From an uncultured Candidatus Saccharibacteria bacterium (lineage in GTDB: Bacteria > Patescibacteriota > Saccharimonadia > Saccharimonadales > 2-12-FULL-41-12): 64,000 bases of DNA. The first letter of the stretch is position 1; every line of letters begins with the position of its first letter. A program made the position numbers and the translations under genes. The DNA is taken from assembly GCA_964573095.1 (NCBI GenBank), contig CAZNIK010000002.1:199230-263229 (forward strand), in the 5' to 3' direction. This document shows, in pieces, positions 27,517 through 36,986 of the stretch. A model generated the notes under the pieces. That model was not told the DNA's origin and did no database searches. It saw only the letters and a program-made list of their open reading frames with translations.

Positions 27517-28092
27517 ATGAAAGAAAAAAATATCAAGATAGCCATTATTATCGGTAGTACTCGTCCCAAAAGAGTGGGGGCGACAATCGGAAAATGGGCG
27601 TACAACAATCTTTCAAAAGATAAATCAGCAACCTACGACATAATTGATCTTGCCGAGGAAAATTTGCCGTTTTTGATGGACCAAGCTATGCCCGCAATGC
27701 AAAAGTATGATCAAGAAAGCACCAAAAAATGGGCAAAAAAGATAGAGAGCTACGACGGCTACATATTAGTAACAAGCGAGTACAATGCCGGACCGCCCGC
27801 GCCACTCAAAAACGCGCTGGATACGGTCTACCGAGAGTGGGCAAAAAAGCCAGTCGCATTCGTTGGATATGGCTGGATGGGTGGCGTACGGGCCATAGAA
27901 AACCTTATTACGATTGTGGCCCGCATGGACATGGTGCCGCTTTCTTCCCCTGCAATTCACGTGCTGGATATTGGCATGGCAGTAGATGAGGACGGTACCA
28001 TAAAGCAAGAACACGTTCGCGGTAATTTTGAGAAATTCGAAGATAATCTGATCTGGTGGGCTACTACCCTAAAAGCTGCCCGTGATCGGTAA
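27517..28092 (+). CDS. NAD(P)H-dependent FMN reductase family oxidoreductase
   Basis: Contains KIAIIIGSTRPKRVG and ILVTSEYNAGPPAPLKNALD. The ATG at 27517 follows AAGGAG. Confidence 0.8.
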   Translation: MKEKNIKIAIIIGSTRPKRVGATIGKWAYNNLSKDKSATYDIIDLAEENLPFLMDQAMPAMQKYDQESTKKWAKKIESYDGYILVTSEYNAGPPAPLKNALDTVYREWAKKPVAFVGYGWMGGVRAIENLITIVARMDMVPLSSPAIHVLDIGMAVDEDGTIKQEHVRGNFEKFEDNLIWWATTLKAARDR

Positions 28093-28245
28093 TGGCCTAA
28101 GTGCAATGGGGACCTAAGTTGTATTTTCTGAAACAAGTAGCAAGCTTCAACCAAAAATTACCAGGCTTCAATGGAATAATAAACACACTTTGTTTTTTTA
28201 AGCATAAACTCTATACCGAGGCTGTATTAAAGCTATAATTACTGA

Positions 28246-29715
28246 ATGGCTCAGCAAGAACTACCAATATTTGTTCAAGAATTACCAGAAGGCCCGAACG
28301 TAGAGTTTAAAAGTGGTAGTGAGGGTCGCTTACCAAAGGATATCTGGAAAACAATATCTGCTTTCTCAAACACTGAAGGAGGTAAAATAGTTTTCGGAAT
28401 TACCAATGACGGCTCAGACCTTAATTTGTCAAAGACGAATATTGATAAATTACAACTTGATATAGTCTCATTATGCCAGAACAGCTTCAACACAGTAATT
28501 ACCCCTGAGGTTGTTAATAAAGACGGCACATTAATTATCAATATACTGCCTGTTGCAGCTCCTTTGCGCCCTGTTTTTTCTAAGAAGCAAGGCAGGGATA
28601 AGGGCACATACATTCGAATTGGTTCTTCAAACCATATTGCGAATGACGAAGCTTTAAAGCGATTCAGTATTGCTGCAAAAGGTGGAGCTGAGATAGCAGT
28701 ATATGAAGGTTTTCATTATAAAACTTACTTCGATGATAGTGCCGTTGCTTCATTCGTAAAGTCAATGAATTCTACTAGAGGAAATATCTATCAAGATTTT
28801 ACTACAGAAGAAGTTCTTATAAAGCAAAAAGCGATTAACAATAATGGCGATGTTACATTATTTGGTCTTATGGCTTTCAGTAAATTGGAGAGTTTGCAAG
28901 AAATAGTATCGCCAACGTTGAATATAGCAGTCACACAGTATCCTGGCCTATCAAAGGTAAACGAAGACGATGTACATGAAACGTATATAGATAACAGGGA
29001 GTTTAATGGCAATGCAGTAGTTTTATTTGAAAAGTCATTCGATTTCATCAAAAGCAAACTACCTGTTAGCGGCACCGTTGAACCATCGGGTAAAAGAAGA
29101 GACTATCTAGTAATACCTGAGATTGCTCTTAGAGAAGCCCTTGCGAATGCAATAGCACATCGAGATTATGGCAGCCATTCATCAAGAATTCAGATTGATA
29201 TTTTCTCAGACAGAATAGAAATAATTAATCCTGGCACTAGTTTGGTTCCATTAGAACAACTCGATAAAGCACCGTCTGCAACTCGTAATCCGTTAATTAT
29301 GAACTTTTTAAAGGAACTTGGAATTACGGAGCAAAAAGCCAGAGGTATTAGAACAATTAAAATTTCATTAAAAAAAGCTGGCTTGCTTGAGCCAGGATTT
29401 GAAAATATTAACGACTCATTTAAAATTACACTTTCAAGCTCAGCATTTATATCGAGTGAAGATAAAGTTTGGTTAGCAAGATTTAGCGCATACAATTTGA
29501 ATGAAAGGCAGCAAACTGCGTTAGCGCACATTAGGAATAACCCAGCAGGCATAAATAACAGCGAATATCGAAGTATTAACAGTATGGTTAACGTAAGAGA
29601 CGACAAGAAAGCAAACAAAGAATTGCGCCAACTTGTAGAAAAGGGGCTGCTTACTGCAGTTGGAGATAATAAGGTTCGACGCTATGTAATGAATCCACAG
29701 TTTCTTATTAGCTAA
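28246..29715 (+). CDS. AlbA_2 (Schlafen-like) plus HATPase_c_4 plus C-terminal wHTH protein (COG2865-type putative regulator/defence-associated)
   Basis: Contains NVEFKSGSEG..P.DIWKTISAFSNTEGGKIVFGI (AlbA_2) and LREALANAIAHRDY...IQIDIFSDRIEIINPG (HATPase_c_4). The gene is visibly more AT-rich than its neighbours. Confidence 0.7.
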   Translation: MAQQELPIFVQELPEGPNVEFKSGSEGRLPKDIWKTISAFSNTEGGKIVFGITNDGSDLNLSKTNIDKLQLDIVSLCQNSFNTVITPEVVNKDGTLIINILPVAAPLRPVFSKKQGRDKGTYIRIGSSNHIANDEALKRFSIAAKGGAEIAVYEGFHYKTYFDDSAVASFVKSMNSTRGNIYQDFTTEEVLIKQKAINNNGDVTLFGLMAFSKLESLQEIVSPTLNIAVTQYPGLSKVNEDDVHETYIDNREFNGNAVVLFEKSFDFIKSKLPVSGTVEPSGKRRDYLVIPEIALREALANAIAHRDYGSHSSRIQIDIFSDRIEIINPGTSLVPLEQLDKAPSATRNPLIMNFLKELGITEQKARGIRTIKISLKKAGLLEPGFENINDSFKITLSSSAFISSEDKVWLARFSAYNLNERQQTALAHIRNNPAGINNSEYRSINSMVNVRDDKKANKELRQLVEKGLLTAVGDNKVRRYVMNPQFLIS

Positions 29716-29965
29716 AGTTAACCCCCACTTTATCGCCCCATTTTATAATCAGTAAATTTTAGATATCGCCCCGTAACTAAGGTAAGTGCGAGGTGTGCAC
29801 AAGTCTCATGTTGAAAAATTAATATCCCAAAACCTTGGAAGATTGTCAGCCAGTTATACCACCAAAGTCTACAATTAGCAAATATTCCTTAAAGGGGTTT
29901 GGAGTCGCAAAAATTGGTGGATTATTATGAGAGGGTAGTGGAGTTTGGGTCTAAAAACTTAAATA

Positions 29966-30041
29966 TGGTGGGGGTGGTTGGAATCGAACCAACTACCAAG
30001 CGGTTATGAGCCGCCTGCTCTAACCGATGAGCTACACCCCC
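29966..30041 (-). tRNA. tRNA with CAU anticodon, Ile2 (lysidine)-like; elongator Met not excluded
   Basis: Hand-folded cloverleaf: GGGGGTG-TA-GCTC-ATCGGTTA-GAGC-A-GGCGG-CTCATAA-CCGCT-TGGTA-GTTGG-TTCGATT-CCAAC-CACCCCC-A-CCA. The anticodon arm resembles E. coli ileX as I remember it. Confidence 0.85.
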
Positions 30042-30140
30042 GAGGTGCTGCAGATTGCAGATTTGCCCTAAAGTTCGATTATTCAGCAGTCTGTAACAGA
30101 TACGAGTATAGCAGAAATGGTATACTAAAGGGTAGGAAAC

Positions 30141-30572
30141 TTGATGAATCAAGATAAAAAAAATCTATCCAAAAAACTGAAACTACTTACAGATACACGG
30201 GTGTTAAGCCTTTTGGCGTTTGGTGTTGTCGCGCTCTTGGTTACCTGGAGTGGCGTAAAGGTCGTTCAAACCAACTATGAACTGGATAAGAAAATATCAG
30301 TTTCAAAACAAAAAAACGAAGTTGCACGGCTAGAAAACGAGAATCTTAAATTGAAAAACGCCTATTATCAAAGCCCTCAATTCTTGGATCTGGCGGCGAG
30401 GCGACAATTCGGCAAAGCACTGCCTGGAGAACGTTTGTACATGGTTCCCGAAAGTGTTGCGCTCTCGAAGACCATAGATGTACCAGCAGATCAAAGACTT
30501 GTCGTAAAAACCGAAAAGGTCAAACCGAAGGCGCAACAAAATTTTCAAGCTTGGATAGAGTTTCTTTTCTGA
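30141..30572 (+). CDS. septum formation initiator (FtsB/DivIC-like) protein
   Basis: One TM segment followed by the coiled coil ELDKKISVSKQKNEVARLENENLKLKN and ...LDLAARRQFG. Confidence 0.65.
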   Translation: MMNQDKKNLSKKLKLLTDTRVLSLLAFGVVALLVTWSGVKVVQTNYELDKKISVSKQKNEVARLENENLKLKNAYYQSPQFLDLAARRQFGKALPGERLYMVPESVALSKTIDVPADQRLVVKTEKVKPKAQQNFQAWIEFLF

Positions 30573-30737
30573 TCCAGAGCACTCTAAGCGATCTTTCAGT
30601 TTTGTCGTGTAGTGTTGTCTATAGTCACGAACGACTACAGACGATTCGGACAAATGATCAGTTATTGATCCCGCGTTTTGTAGATCAAATAGTGGCCTAA
30701 TAACACGAGAAGATATTGCAAAAAGGAGGATAAGGAA

Positions 30738-31229
30738 ATAAAGCACATAAAGCAAGTCGCTCTCGTAGCGGCAGTAACAGTTGGTGTTGTGGGGGCAGGT
30801 TTATACGGAGTCTCTGCGTCGGCAGCGCCCAACAATCAAGACGATTCACTTGCTGATAAGATTGCAATAAAGTTTAATCTCAAAAAGGATGACGTGCAGT
30901 CTGTGGTAACTGAGTATCGTAGTGAAAAGCGAGCTGAACATCGCGAGGAACATCAAAAACGGCTTGAAGAACGTCTCACCCAAGCCGTAAAAGATGGAAA
31001 GTTAAGCGAGGATCAAAAAAGCAAGATACTCGAGTATCTCAAGTCTCAATCGACATTCTTCGAAAGCCTCAAAGATAAATCCGAAGAAGAACGAAAGACC
31101 GCGAGAGAAACCCACCGCGAGGAGGTAAAAAAGTGGGCGAGCGATAACGGTATCGACCTAAGATATGTTCTTGGTGACGGACGAGGAATGGGCGGACCCC
31201 ACGGTCACCAGCGCGATCAAAAAGACTAG
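30738..31229 (+). CDS. hypothetical secreted K/E-rich protein; N-terminus probably upstream of the GTG in the track
   Basis: The in-frame stretch upstream of GTG 30789 encodes (I)KHIKQVALVAAVTVGVVGAGLYGVSASA, a textbook signal peptide. AGGAGG at 30725-30730 lies 7 nt before ATA 30738. The frame has no ATG, GTG or TTG between the stop at 30690 and 30789. Confidence 0.45.
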   Translation: MKHIKQVALVAAVTVGVVGAGLYGVSASAAPNNQDDSLADKIAIKFNLKKDDVQSVVTEYRSEKRAEHREEHQKRLEERLTQAVKDGKLSEDQKSKILEYLKSQSTFFESLKDKSEEERKTARETHREEVKKWASDNGIDLRYVLGDGRGMGGPHGHQRDQKD

Positions 31230-31252
31230 ACAATAACTAAGTACCCTAAGCC

Positions 31253-31290
31253 AAAAAAGCCACTATTGCGTTTTGCAAAGTGGCTTTTTT
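31253..31290. terminator. bidirectional intrinsic terminator
   Basis: AAAAAAGCCACT ... AGTGGCTTTTTT between convergent genes. Confidence 0.7.
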
Positions 31291-31310
31291 ATTCCTTACC
31301 AAAGCAGATA

Positions 31311-32321
31311 TTAACTAAGTTTTGGGAGAAGAACTGTAATGGTGGTTCCTTTTCCAAGTTGACTAGCAACTTCTATCGACCCCTGGTGGGCATCGACAAT
31401 TTGTTTGGCAATGGCGAGCCCTAGGCCGTAGCCATCACTCTTGTCTGCTGTCGCTCGGGTTCGGGATGTGTCAGCCCGATAAAATCGATCAAATATGTGC
31501 GGCAAATCCTTTTTTGATATTCCACTGCCTTGATCTTGTACAAAAAACCCAACCCCATTTTTATTTGTGATGGTGCCGATCGTGATGATGGATTTATCTG
31601 AACTATACTTGACGGCGTTGTCGAGGAGGATAAGCACTACTCGTTTTAGACTTTCGGGCTCTCCCAAAACGTAGACATCATTCACTTTTTCGGTATTGAC
31701 GGTAATTTTTTTCTGTTTCGCACTTGGTTTCATGCTATTGACTGCACCAATGACCACTTGTTTTACAGAGAAGGAGGCGGGTTGAACATCTTTGTAGCCC
31801 TGTCGTGCAAGCTGCAACAGACTGCCGGTAAGGGCCTCAAGCTTCTGAATTTCTTCAAGATTACTCGACAGCACATTCTTTGCCTCTTTGGCGGTGAGTT
31901 TTTTGTCCCGAAGGGCGACCTCTATTTCTGAGCGCATGGCAGTAAGAGGAGTTCGTAGCTCGTGTGAAGCATCACTCGTGAACCTTTTTTGAGCCTCAAC
32001 ACTTTCTTCTATGGGACGAAGCGCTTCACGAGCCAGCACATAACTCAACAAACTGCCACAGATGAGGGTGGAGATGTTGAAAAGAATCAATTTCTTTTGT
32101 AATTCGGCCCGACTTTCTTCGAGGCGAGTTTGTCGAATATCTTCAAATAGCTGAACCATCGGCTCGCGTCTTGCGTCACCACCGGGGAAGCGACGCAAAT
32201 TGCGATCTAGTTGATTGCTTGATACACCATAAAGTACAAAACTGAATACAATGCTCATAGTCATAATGATCACAAGATAGGTTCCCGCAAGTTTTAGGCG
32301 TGCCCGCTCTTGATCTCTCAT
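31311..32321 (-). CDS. two-component sensor histidine kinase
   Basis: H-box SHELRTPLTA, N-box LLDNAVKY, G-boxes DQGSGI and GYGLGLAIAK. Confidence 0.9.
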   Translation of the reverse strand: MRDQERARLKLAGTYLVIIMTMSIVFSFVLYGVSSNQLDRNLRRFPGGDARREPMVQLFEDIRQTRLEESRAELQKKLILFNISTLICGSLLSYVLAREALRPIEESVEAQKRFTSDASHELRTPLTAMRSEIEVALRDKKLTAKEAKNVLSSNLEEIQKLEALTGSLLQLARQGYKDVQPASFSVKQVVIGAVNSMKPSAKQKKITVNTEKVNDVYVLGEPESLKRVVLILLDNAVKYSSDKSIITIGTITNKNGVGFFVQDQGSGISKKDLPHIFDRFYRADTSRTRATADKSDGYGLGLAIAKQIVDAHQGSIEVASQLGKGTTITVLLPKLS

Positions 32322-32989
32322 GATTCGGCTATTTTGTAGCCAAAGCCTCGCACGGTGTGCAGTAGCGGAGTGGCAAAACCTTTATCAATTTTATTGCGCA
32401 GGTATCCAATGTAGACCTCAACATTATTAGGAAGAATGTCTGCGTCAAAATTCCAGACATGATCGATAATATTTTCTTTGGAAAGCACCTGCCCAGCGTT
32501 CCTCATGAGGTACTCGAGGAGCGCGAACTCTTTGGAGGAGAGCTGTATTGGTGTGTTGTTTCTGGACACTTGATACGTAGCTGTGTCGAGGGTGAGATTG
32601 CCTACCGACAAGACGCTATCTTGGGCCTCTTTTGGTCGACGCAGTAGGGCGCGGATTCTGGCCAAAAGCTCCTCAAAAGAAAAGGGCTTTGGTAGATAAT
32701 CGTCAGCACCAGAATTAAGCCCATCAATTCGATCATGTACGTGGGATTTGGCGGTCAACATAAGTATTGGGATATGAATTTGCTCTTCGCGAAGCTTTTT
32801 GCATAGTGTAAGTCCGTCTATTCCTGGAAGCATTCTGTCTAAAACGATGAGATCATAAGGAAGTGTCCTGGCTGCTCCGTATCCAGAATCACCATCGTAC
32901 TCAATATCAACCGCAAAATTTTCTTGTTCCAGTCCTCTTTTTAGTGCGCCTGCAATCTTATGGTCGTCTTCTACGATCAAAATTCTCAT
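32318..32989 (-). CDS. OmpR-family response regulator
   Basis: Contains MRILIVEDD, LIVLDRMLPGIDG and a winged-helix C-terminus (VRGFGYK). It overlaps the kinase gene by 4 nt. Confidence 0.9.
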   Translation of the reverse strand: MRILIVEDDHKIAGALKRGLEQENFAVDIEYDGDSGYGAARTLPYDLIVLDRMLPGIDGLTLCKKLREEQIHIPILMLTAKSHVHDRIDGLNSGADDYLPKPFSFEELLARIRALLRRPKEAQDSVLSVGNLTLDTATYQVSRNNTPIQLSSKEFALLEYLMRNAGQVLSKENIIDHVWNFDADILPNNVEVYIGYLRNKIDKGFATPLLHTVRGFGYKIAES

Positions 32990-33054
32990 AGAGGTAGTAT
33001 AGCTCGTTTCGCTGAGAAACATCTGAGGCCTTACGTTCGGTTTGGTTTTCGGCT

Positions 33055-33552
33055 ATGATTAGGTATATGCCAATACACATCAACCCAGATGCGTCAAAGA
33101 AAGCCGTCAACTTTCTGCGACGACACCGCGTAGGCGTTATAGCCACCGCCAGTTCTGCGGCCCGCCCGCACGCGGCCACAGTCTACTTCGCGATTGATGA
33201 TGACCTTAACATTTACTTTGTGACCAAAGAGCAAACAACCAAGCACAAAAATCTTACCGAGAATCCAATCGCTTCCATTGCTGTTTTTGACGCTGAGAAT
33301 CAAGCTACGCTGCAAGCCAGCGGACCGGTAGAGCCGATAAATGACATAGTTAAATTCATGCGCCTTTTTGCCCAAATCTTAGACATCTCAGCTGACACGA
33401 GTGACAGCGATCGACCACCCGTTTCAAAACTGTTTGCCGGAGACTACTTTATGTATAAGCTTACTCCAACCTCGCTTCGTCTCGCCGAGTACATGAAGCC
33501 GGACAAGGGTGACATAACGAACCTGTTCGAAATTGTTATTAAAAACGATTAG
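33055..33552 (+). CDS. pyridoxamine 5'-phosphate oxidase family (FMN-binding split barrel) protein
   Basis: Contains FLRRHRVGVIATASSAARPHAATVYFAIDDDLNIYFVTKEQTTKHKNL. Confidence 0.65.
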   Translation: MIRYMPIHINPDASKKAVNFLRRHRVGVIATASSAARPHAATVYFAIDDDLNIYFVTKEQTTKHKNLTENPIASIAVFDAENQATLQASGPVEPINDIVKFMRLFAQILDISADTSDSDRPPVSKLFAGDYFMYKLTPTSLRLAEYMKPDKGDITNLFEIVIKND

Positions 33553-34205
33553 CCCAATATACTCACCGAACGAGCAATAACTAGTGCAAGAGTAAATACC
33601 GAAACTAAGGCTTGTACGCCCATTAGGCCTTTGGCTTGAGTGGTGAGAGGTTTTGTGTCGGCAGCTGCAAAGTTTATGGCGTTTGTTGTAGAGAGATAAA
33701 GATAGTCCAAAAAGCGTGGTTGCCAGCCACTAAAATCATTGCCCATGCTTTGTTGGGTAAACTGAAAATCCTTGTCGTGCTTTGACCATTTTCTGCCAGT
33801 AAGGCCGGGGCTATCTATTTCCCAGTACCAAAGCGCAAATACAATAATGTTTGTTAAAAATATTGCCACCGCAGAAGCAAGCAGCTCATACCCGGTGAGA
33901 TGAGAGGCGCCTAATATTAATGAATCAAGCACCAAAATTAGGGAACTAATATTTGCCAGTGAAATAAGAGCCAAAAGAAAAATTGACCCATTGTGGTGCA
34001 GACGATGATTGTCGTTATAGTGTTCTTTGGTGGCGGTGAACCCGAGCAAAACAGTAAGTGCAATTTCTACGGCGACAAGAATATACTGCGGCCCATACAC
34101 GAGCTTGGGGCTTATTTGCCACACCACATACTGTAGACCTATTGCCGCAAACAAGGCTGCTTGGGCGGTCCATAGCTCTGTCTTTGTGATCGGATGTATT
34201 TTCAT
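33549..34205 (-). CDS. DUF1345-like integral membrane protein
   Basis: 218 aa with about 6 TM segments. Contains WYWEID ... FLDYLYLSTTNAINFAAADTKPL. Confidence 0.5.
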   Translation of the reverse strand: MKIHPITKTELWTAQAALFAAIGLQYVVWQISPKLVYGPQYILVAVEIALTVLLGFTATKEHYNDNHRLHHNGSIFLLALISLANISSLILVLDSLILGASHLTGYELLASAVAIFLTNIIVFALWYWEIDSPGLTGRKWSKHDKDFQFTQQSMGNDFSGWQPRFLDYLYLSTTNAINFAAADTKPLTTQAKGLMGVQALVSVFTLALVIARSVSILG

Positions 34206-34241
34206 GATTTTAATTAGATAGTAGCATGCAAGGGCCGATAG

Positions 34242-34727
34242 TTACGCTTTAGCTATTTTCTTAGCCCAGTCAGCGATTGCCTCCCAATTTCGAAAATCGC
34301 CCTCCGGGACATGGAGCGCCGAAGCAATGGCTTTTTCTCCAAAACTAAGCCTACTTCTGTCTATTTTGCCCGAAAAAATAATATGCTCTCGAGAGTTTAA
34401 GCCATCAAGAATACTATCAAGGTGCACCGAATTTTCTGCAGCCGGCTTTAGGGGGTCTCCAATTGGCCCACTGCTAAAAAGCCAGACTGTTTTTTGCTTA
34501 AGTATCGATGTGTGATTGTCGGCAAACTTTATGGCTTCTTTGCGCCAGCTGCCAGCATATACTGCGCTGCCTAGCACAACAATGTCGTAGGCTGTAGGAG
34601 ACGGTGCGTTGGCTACTGCAAAACTTACGGCCGTAAAACCGGTTTTTTGAAGTTCTTGACAAAGATACTCGCCAATTTCCTTCGTTGAGCCATGCTTGCT
34701 TGCATATACCACTAGCACTTTCTTCAT
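34242..34727 (-). CDS. flavodoxin-domain protein
   Basis: Contains MKKVLVVYASKHGSTKEIGEYL and VVLGSAVYAGSW. Confidence 0.75.
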   Translation of the reverse strand: MKKVLVVYASKHGSTKEIGEYLCQELQKTGFTAVSFAVANAPSPTAYDIVVLGSAVYAGSWRKEAIKFADNHTSILKQKTVWLFSSGPIGDPLKPAAENSVHLDSILDGLNSREHIIFSGKIDRSRLSFGEKAIASALHVPEGDFRNWEAIADWAKKIAKA

Positions 34728-34860
34728 CTAGGTTTATTTTAGCAGCAATAAGAGCGTATACTTATGAAAACAAGCCAAAAGAAAAAAAGTCTGGTGTTAC
34801 TTGTAAGTGTTTTAGCCTCTTTTGTCGCGTTTCTTGGTATTCGAAACCAGAGTTTGGCTG

Positions 34861-35109
34861 CTACCTAATTCGGGTCATTAGCTTGAGATTCGATATATAC
34901 TGTTCTGGGTTTACCGAACCGTGTGATTTTAGATAGGCAAGATGCTTTGCAACAAAGGGCATGCGATTGTCTGGATACAAAGTGCTATTTGCACAGTAAC
35001 TGGACTCGGTGTAATAGGCGTCATCTTGCTCCATCGTTCGAAGCGCTTCTTCTATAGCCTCTTGATCAATAAAACCTTGATTTTTTGACTTTGTAAATCT
35101 AGAGTTCAT
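34861..35109 (-). CDS. small hypothetical protein (82 aa)
   Basis: ORF only; no motif recognised. Confidence 0.4.
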   Translation of the reverse strand: MNSRFTKSKNQGFIDQEAIEEALRTMEQDDAYYTESSYCANSTLYPDNRMPFVAKHLAYLKSHGSVNPEQYISNLKLMTRIR

Positions 35110-35244
35110 GACAATTTATTTATCAAGTGAATCTTAAGGTTTTTGTTTTTTGTGACGCAGTGGTCGGACATATTCAACTCCGTTCACTTAACAATTATAG
35201 TCTGCTTTTGCCAAAACAGCTAATAAAGAGGAGAGTAATACTGC

Positions 35245-36039
35245 CTATTCCAGGTCACGTGTGCGAAAAAAGAAACTACTGAGCCCAGCGCAAACAATGA
35301 TAATCACCAAAAAGAAAAGGGCATTTTTCCACTCATAGGTTCCTCTTAGCACTGCCTCCGATTGATAATAGTGAAAAGGGAATACTTTGCTTGGTGTTTC
35401 CAGCCAGCTGACAGTACTGGCGAGAGAGCTCACAATGTAGCCACCGAGTGCAATCGCGGTGGTAAGACCAATACTTGCTCCTCGAGCCCGCCCTATCGAA
35501 GTCAATAACAAAGCAACTGCACCAAAACTGAGTGCAAGTAGCCAACACAAAAACACCGCCTCAACTATTGGCTTTGTTCCAATCTCTACGCGAACAAGCT
35601 CTTTGCATGCAACGACTGTAATGAGCCCTACCACTGCAACCAAAGAAACAATTATCGCTCCAGCCAAGGCTTTCGATAGGAGGAGTTTTGTTCTACTAAT
35701 TGGTCGAGCCAACAACGATTCGATTGTTTTTTCCTGTTCTTCCTTCGCAATAAGGCCAGCACCAAGACTAATTGCCAAGATGCCGAGCAAAAGCGGGAGC
35801 ATAAAGAAAAATATTTGGCTATTTAGAAACCCCACGGGAGAGAAAAAGTCCGTCGAACCTCCAAATAGCTGAACCGCAGCCTCGGGCAAGTTTTCAAAAC
35901 TTTTTTGTAGCTCTGCTGCTTGGTCCTTGAAGCTGGGATAGAAAATCATGTTGATAAAAACAAACCCGATCACGGCAATGGACCACCAAATTGTGCTAAG
36001 ACGGCGTTGCTTGACAGTCCACTTCACGATTGCGTTCAT
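35245..36039 (-). CDS. ABC-2 family transporter permease
   Basis: 264 aa with 6 TM segments. It overlaps the upstream ATPase gene by 4 nt. Confidence 0.75.
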   Translation of the reverse strand: MNAIVKWTVKQRRLSTIWWSIAVIGFVFINMIFYPSFKDQAAELQKSFENLPEAAVQLFGGSTDFFSPVGFLNSQIFFFMLPLLLGILAISLGAGLIAKEEQEKTIESLLARPISRTKLLLSKALAGAIIVSLVAVVGLITVVACKELVRVEIGTKPIVEAVFLCWLLALSFGAVALLLTSIGRARGASIGLTTAIALGGYIVSSLASTVSWLETPSKVFPFHYYQSEAVLRGTYEWKNALFFLVIIIVCAGLSSFFFRTRDLE

Positions 36040-36974
36040 TTTTTGGCTCCCTGTTGGTAGTAGTGCATAAATTCTTCTTCAAGATCCAGGGTTCGTGCGT
36101 CCATCTTTGTGATATCGCTTTTTGCGAGCACCACCAATAGGTCCTTTAGCTTCCCATGGATATGGATGGTTGCTTTGTGCCCAGAGGCGCTGATTATTTT
36201 GGCGCCTTTTATTTTTTTCAATGCGGCGAGTGGCGCCTCTCCAGAAAATTCTAGGTCAAACGTTTGGGTGGCTTCAAAAGCAAGTTCCGAAATATTATCT
36301 TCACCCACAAGTTTTCCGTCTCGGATAATTCCGACTCGGTCACACATTTTTTGAACCTCACTCAATATGTGGCTGCTGACAAAAATGGTGGCATTGCGTT
36401 GTTTTGCCTCTCGAAGCAGCTCATAGAAAACCTCTTGCATGAGGGGGTCAAGGCCGGTAGTAGGCTCGTCAAAAATGATCACGTTTGGTTTGTGCATTAA
36501 AGCTTGGATGATGCCAACCTTCTGTTTATTCCCCCTCGAGAGCTCACCAAGCCGTTTTTTCATCTCTGGCTTTAGCTTCTTGATCAGATATTTTTGGTAA
36601 GAGTTATCAAACTGTCCTTGGAGCTCAGACATGTAGTCAAAATATTCGCCGGTAGTCATTTTGGGATACATTGCCATGTCGCCAGACAAATAGCCGATAG
36701 ATTTTCGTATTTTTACACTATCTTTTACAATGTCGTAGCCTAAAATTTTGGCAGTACCGCCGGAGGGTTGCAAAAAGTTCATCAGCAATTTTATGGTCGT
36801 TGATTTTCCTGCGCCGTTTGGCCCCAAAAATCCGTACACCTCCCCGGGCATTACTCGTAGTGATACATTATCCAAGGCCAGTCGGTCGCTGCCGCGGTAG
36901 CGTTTGCTCAGACCAATCATCTCTATTCCTGGCGTGTCTAACTCTTTACTCATATTGCTTTTAGTATATCCCAC
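36036..36974 (-). CDS. ABC transporter ATP-binding protein
   Basis: Walker A GPNGAGKST, signature LSRGNKQK, Walker B VIIFDEPTTGLD. Confidence 0.9.
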   Translation of the reverse strand: MGYTKSNMSKELDTPGIEMIGLSKRYRGSDRLALDNVSLRVMPGEVYGFLGPNGAGKSTTIKLLMNFLQPSGGTAKILGYDIVKDSVKIRKSIGYLSGDMAMYPKMTTGEYFDYMSELQGQFDNSYQKYLIKKLKPEMKKRLGELSRGNKQKVGIIQALMHKPNVIIFDEPTTGLDPLMQEVFYELLREAKQRNATIFVSSHILSEVQKMCDRVGIIRDGKLVGEDNISELAFEATQTFDLEFSGEAPLAALKKIKGAKIISASGHKATIHIHGKLKDLLVVLAKSDITKMDARTLDLEEEFMHYYQQGAKK

Positions 36975-36986
36975 AAAACAACAAGC

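Noticed and set aside
30330-30755. 141-aa minus-strand ORF overlapping the FtsB-like gene and the following intergenic region
   Set aside because: It overlaps a plausible plus-strand gene and the SD/signal-peptide region of the next one, and it has no recognisable motif.
34764-34868. 34-codon plus-strand ORF, MKTSQKKKSLVLLVSVLASFVAFLGIRNQSLAAT (signal-peptide-like)
   Set aside because: It could be a truncated remnant or a mini-protein. It has no clear SD, it overlaps the 3' end of the convergent gene, and I cannot support it from sequence alone.
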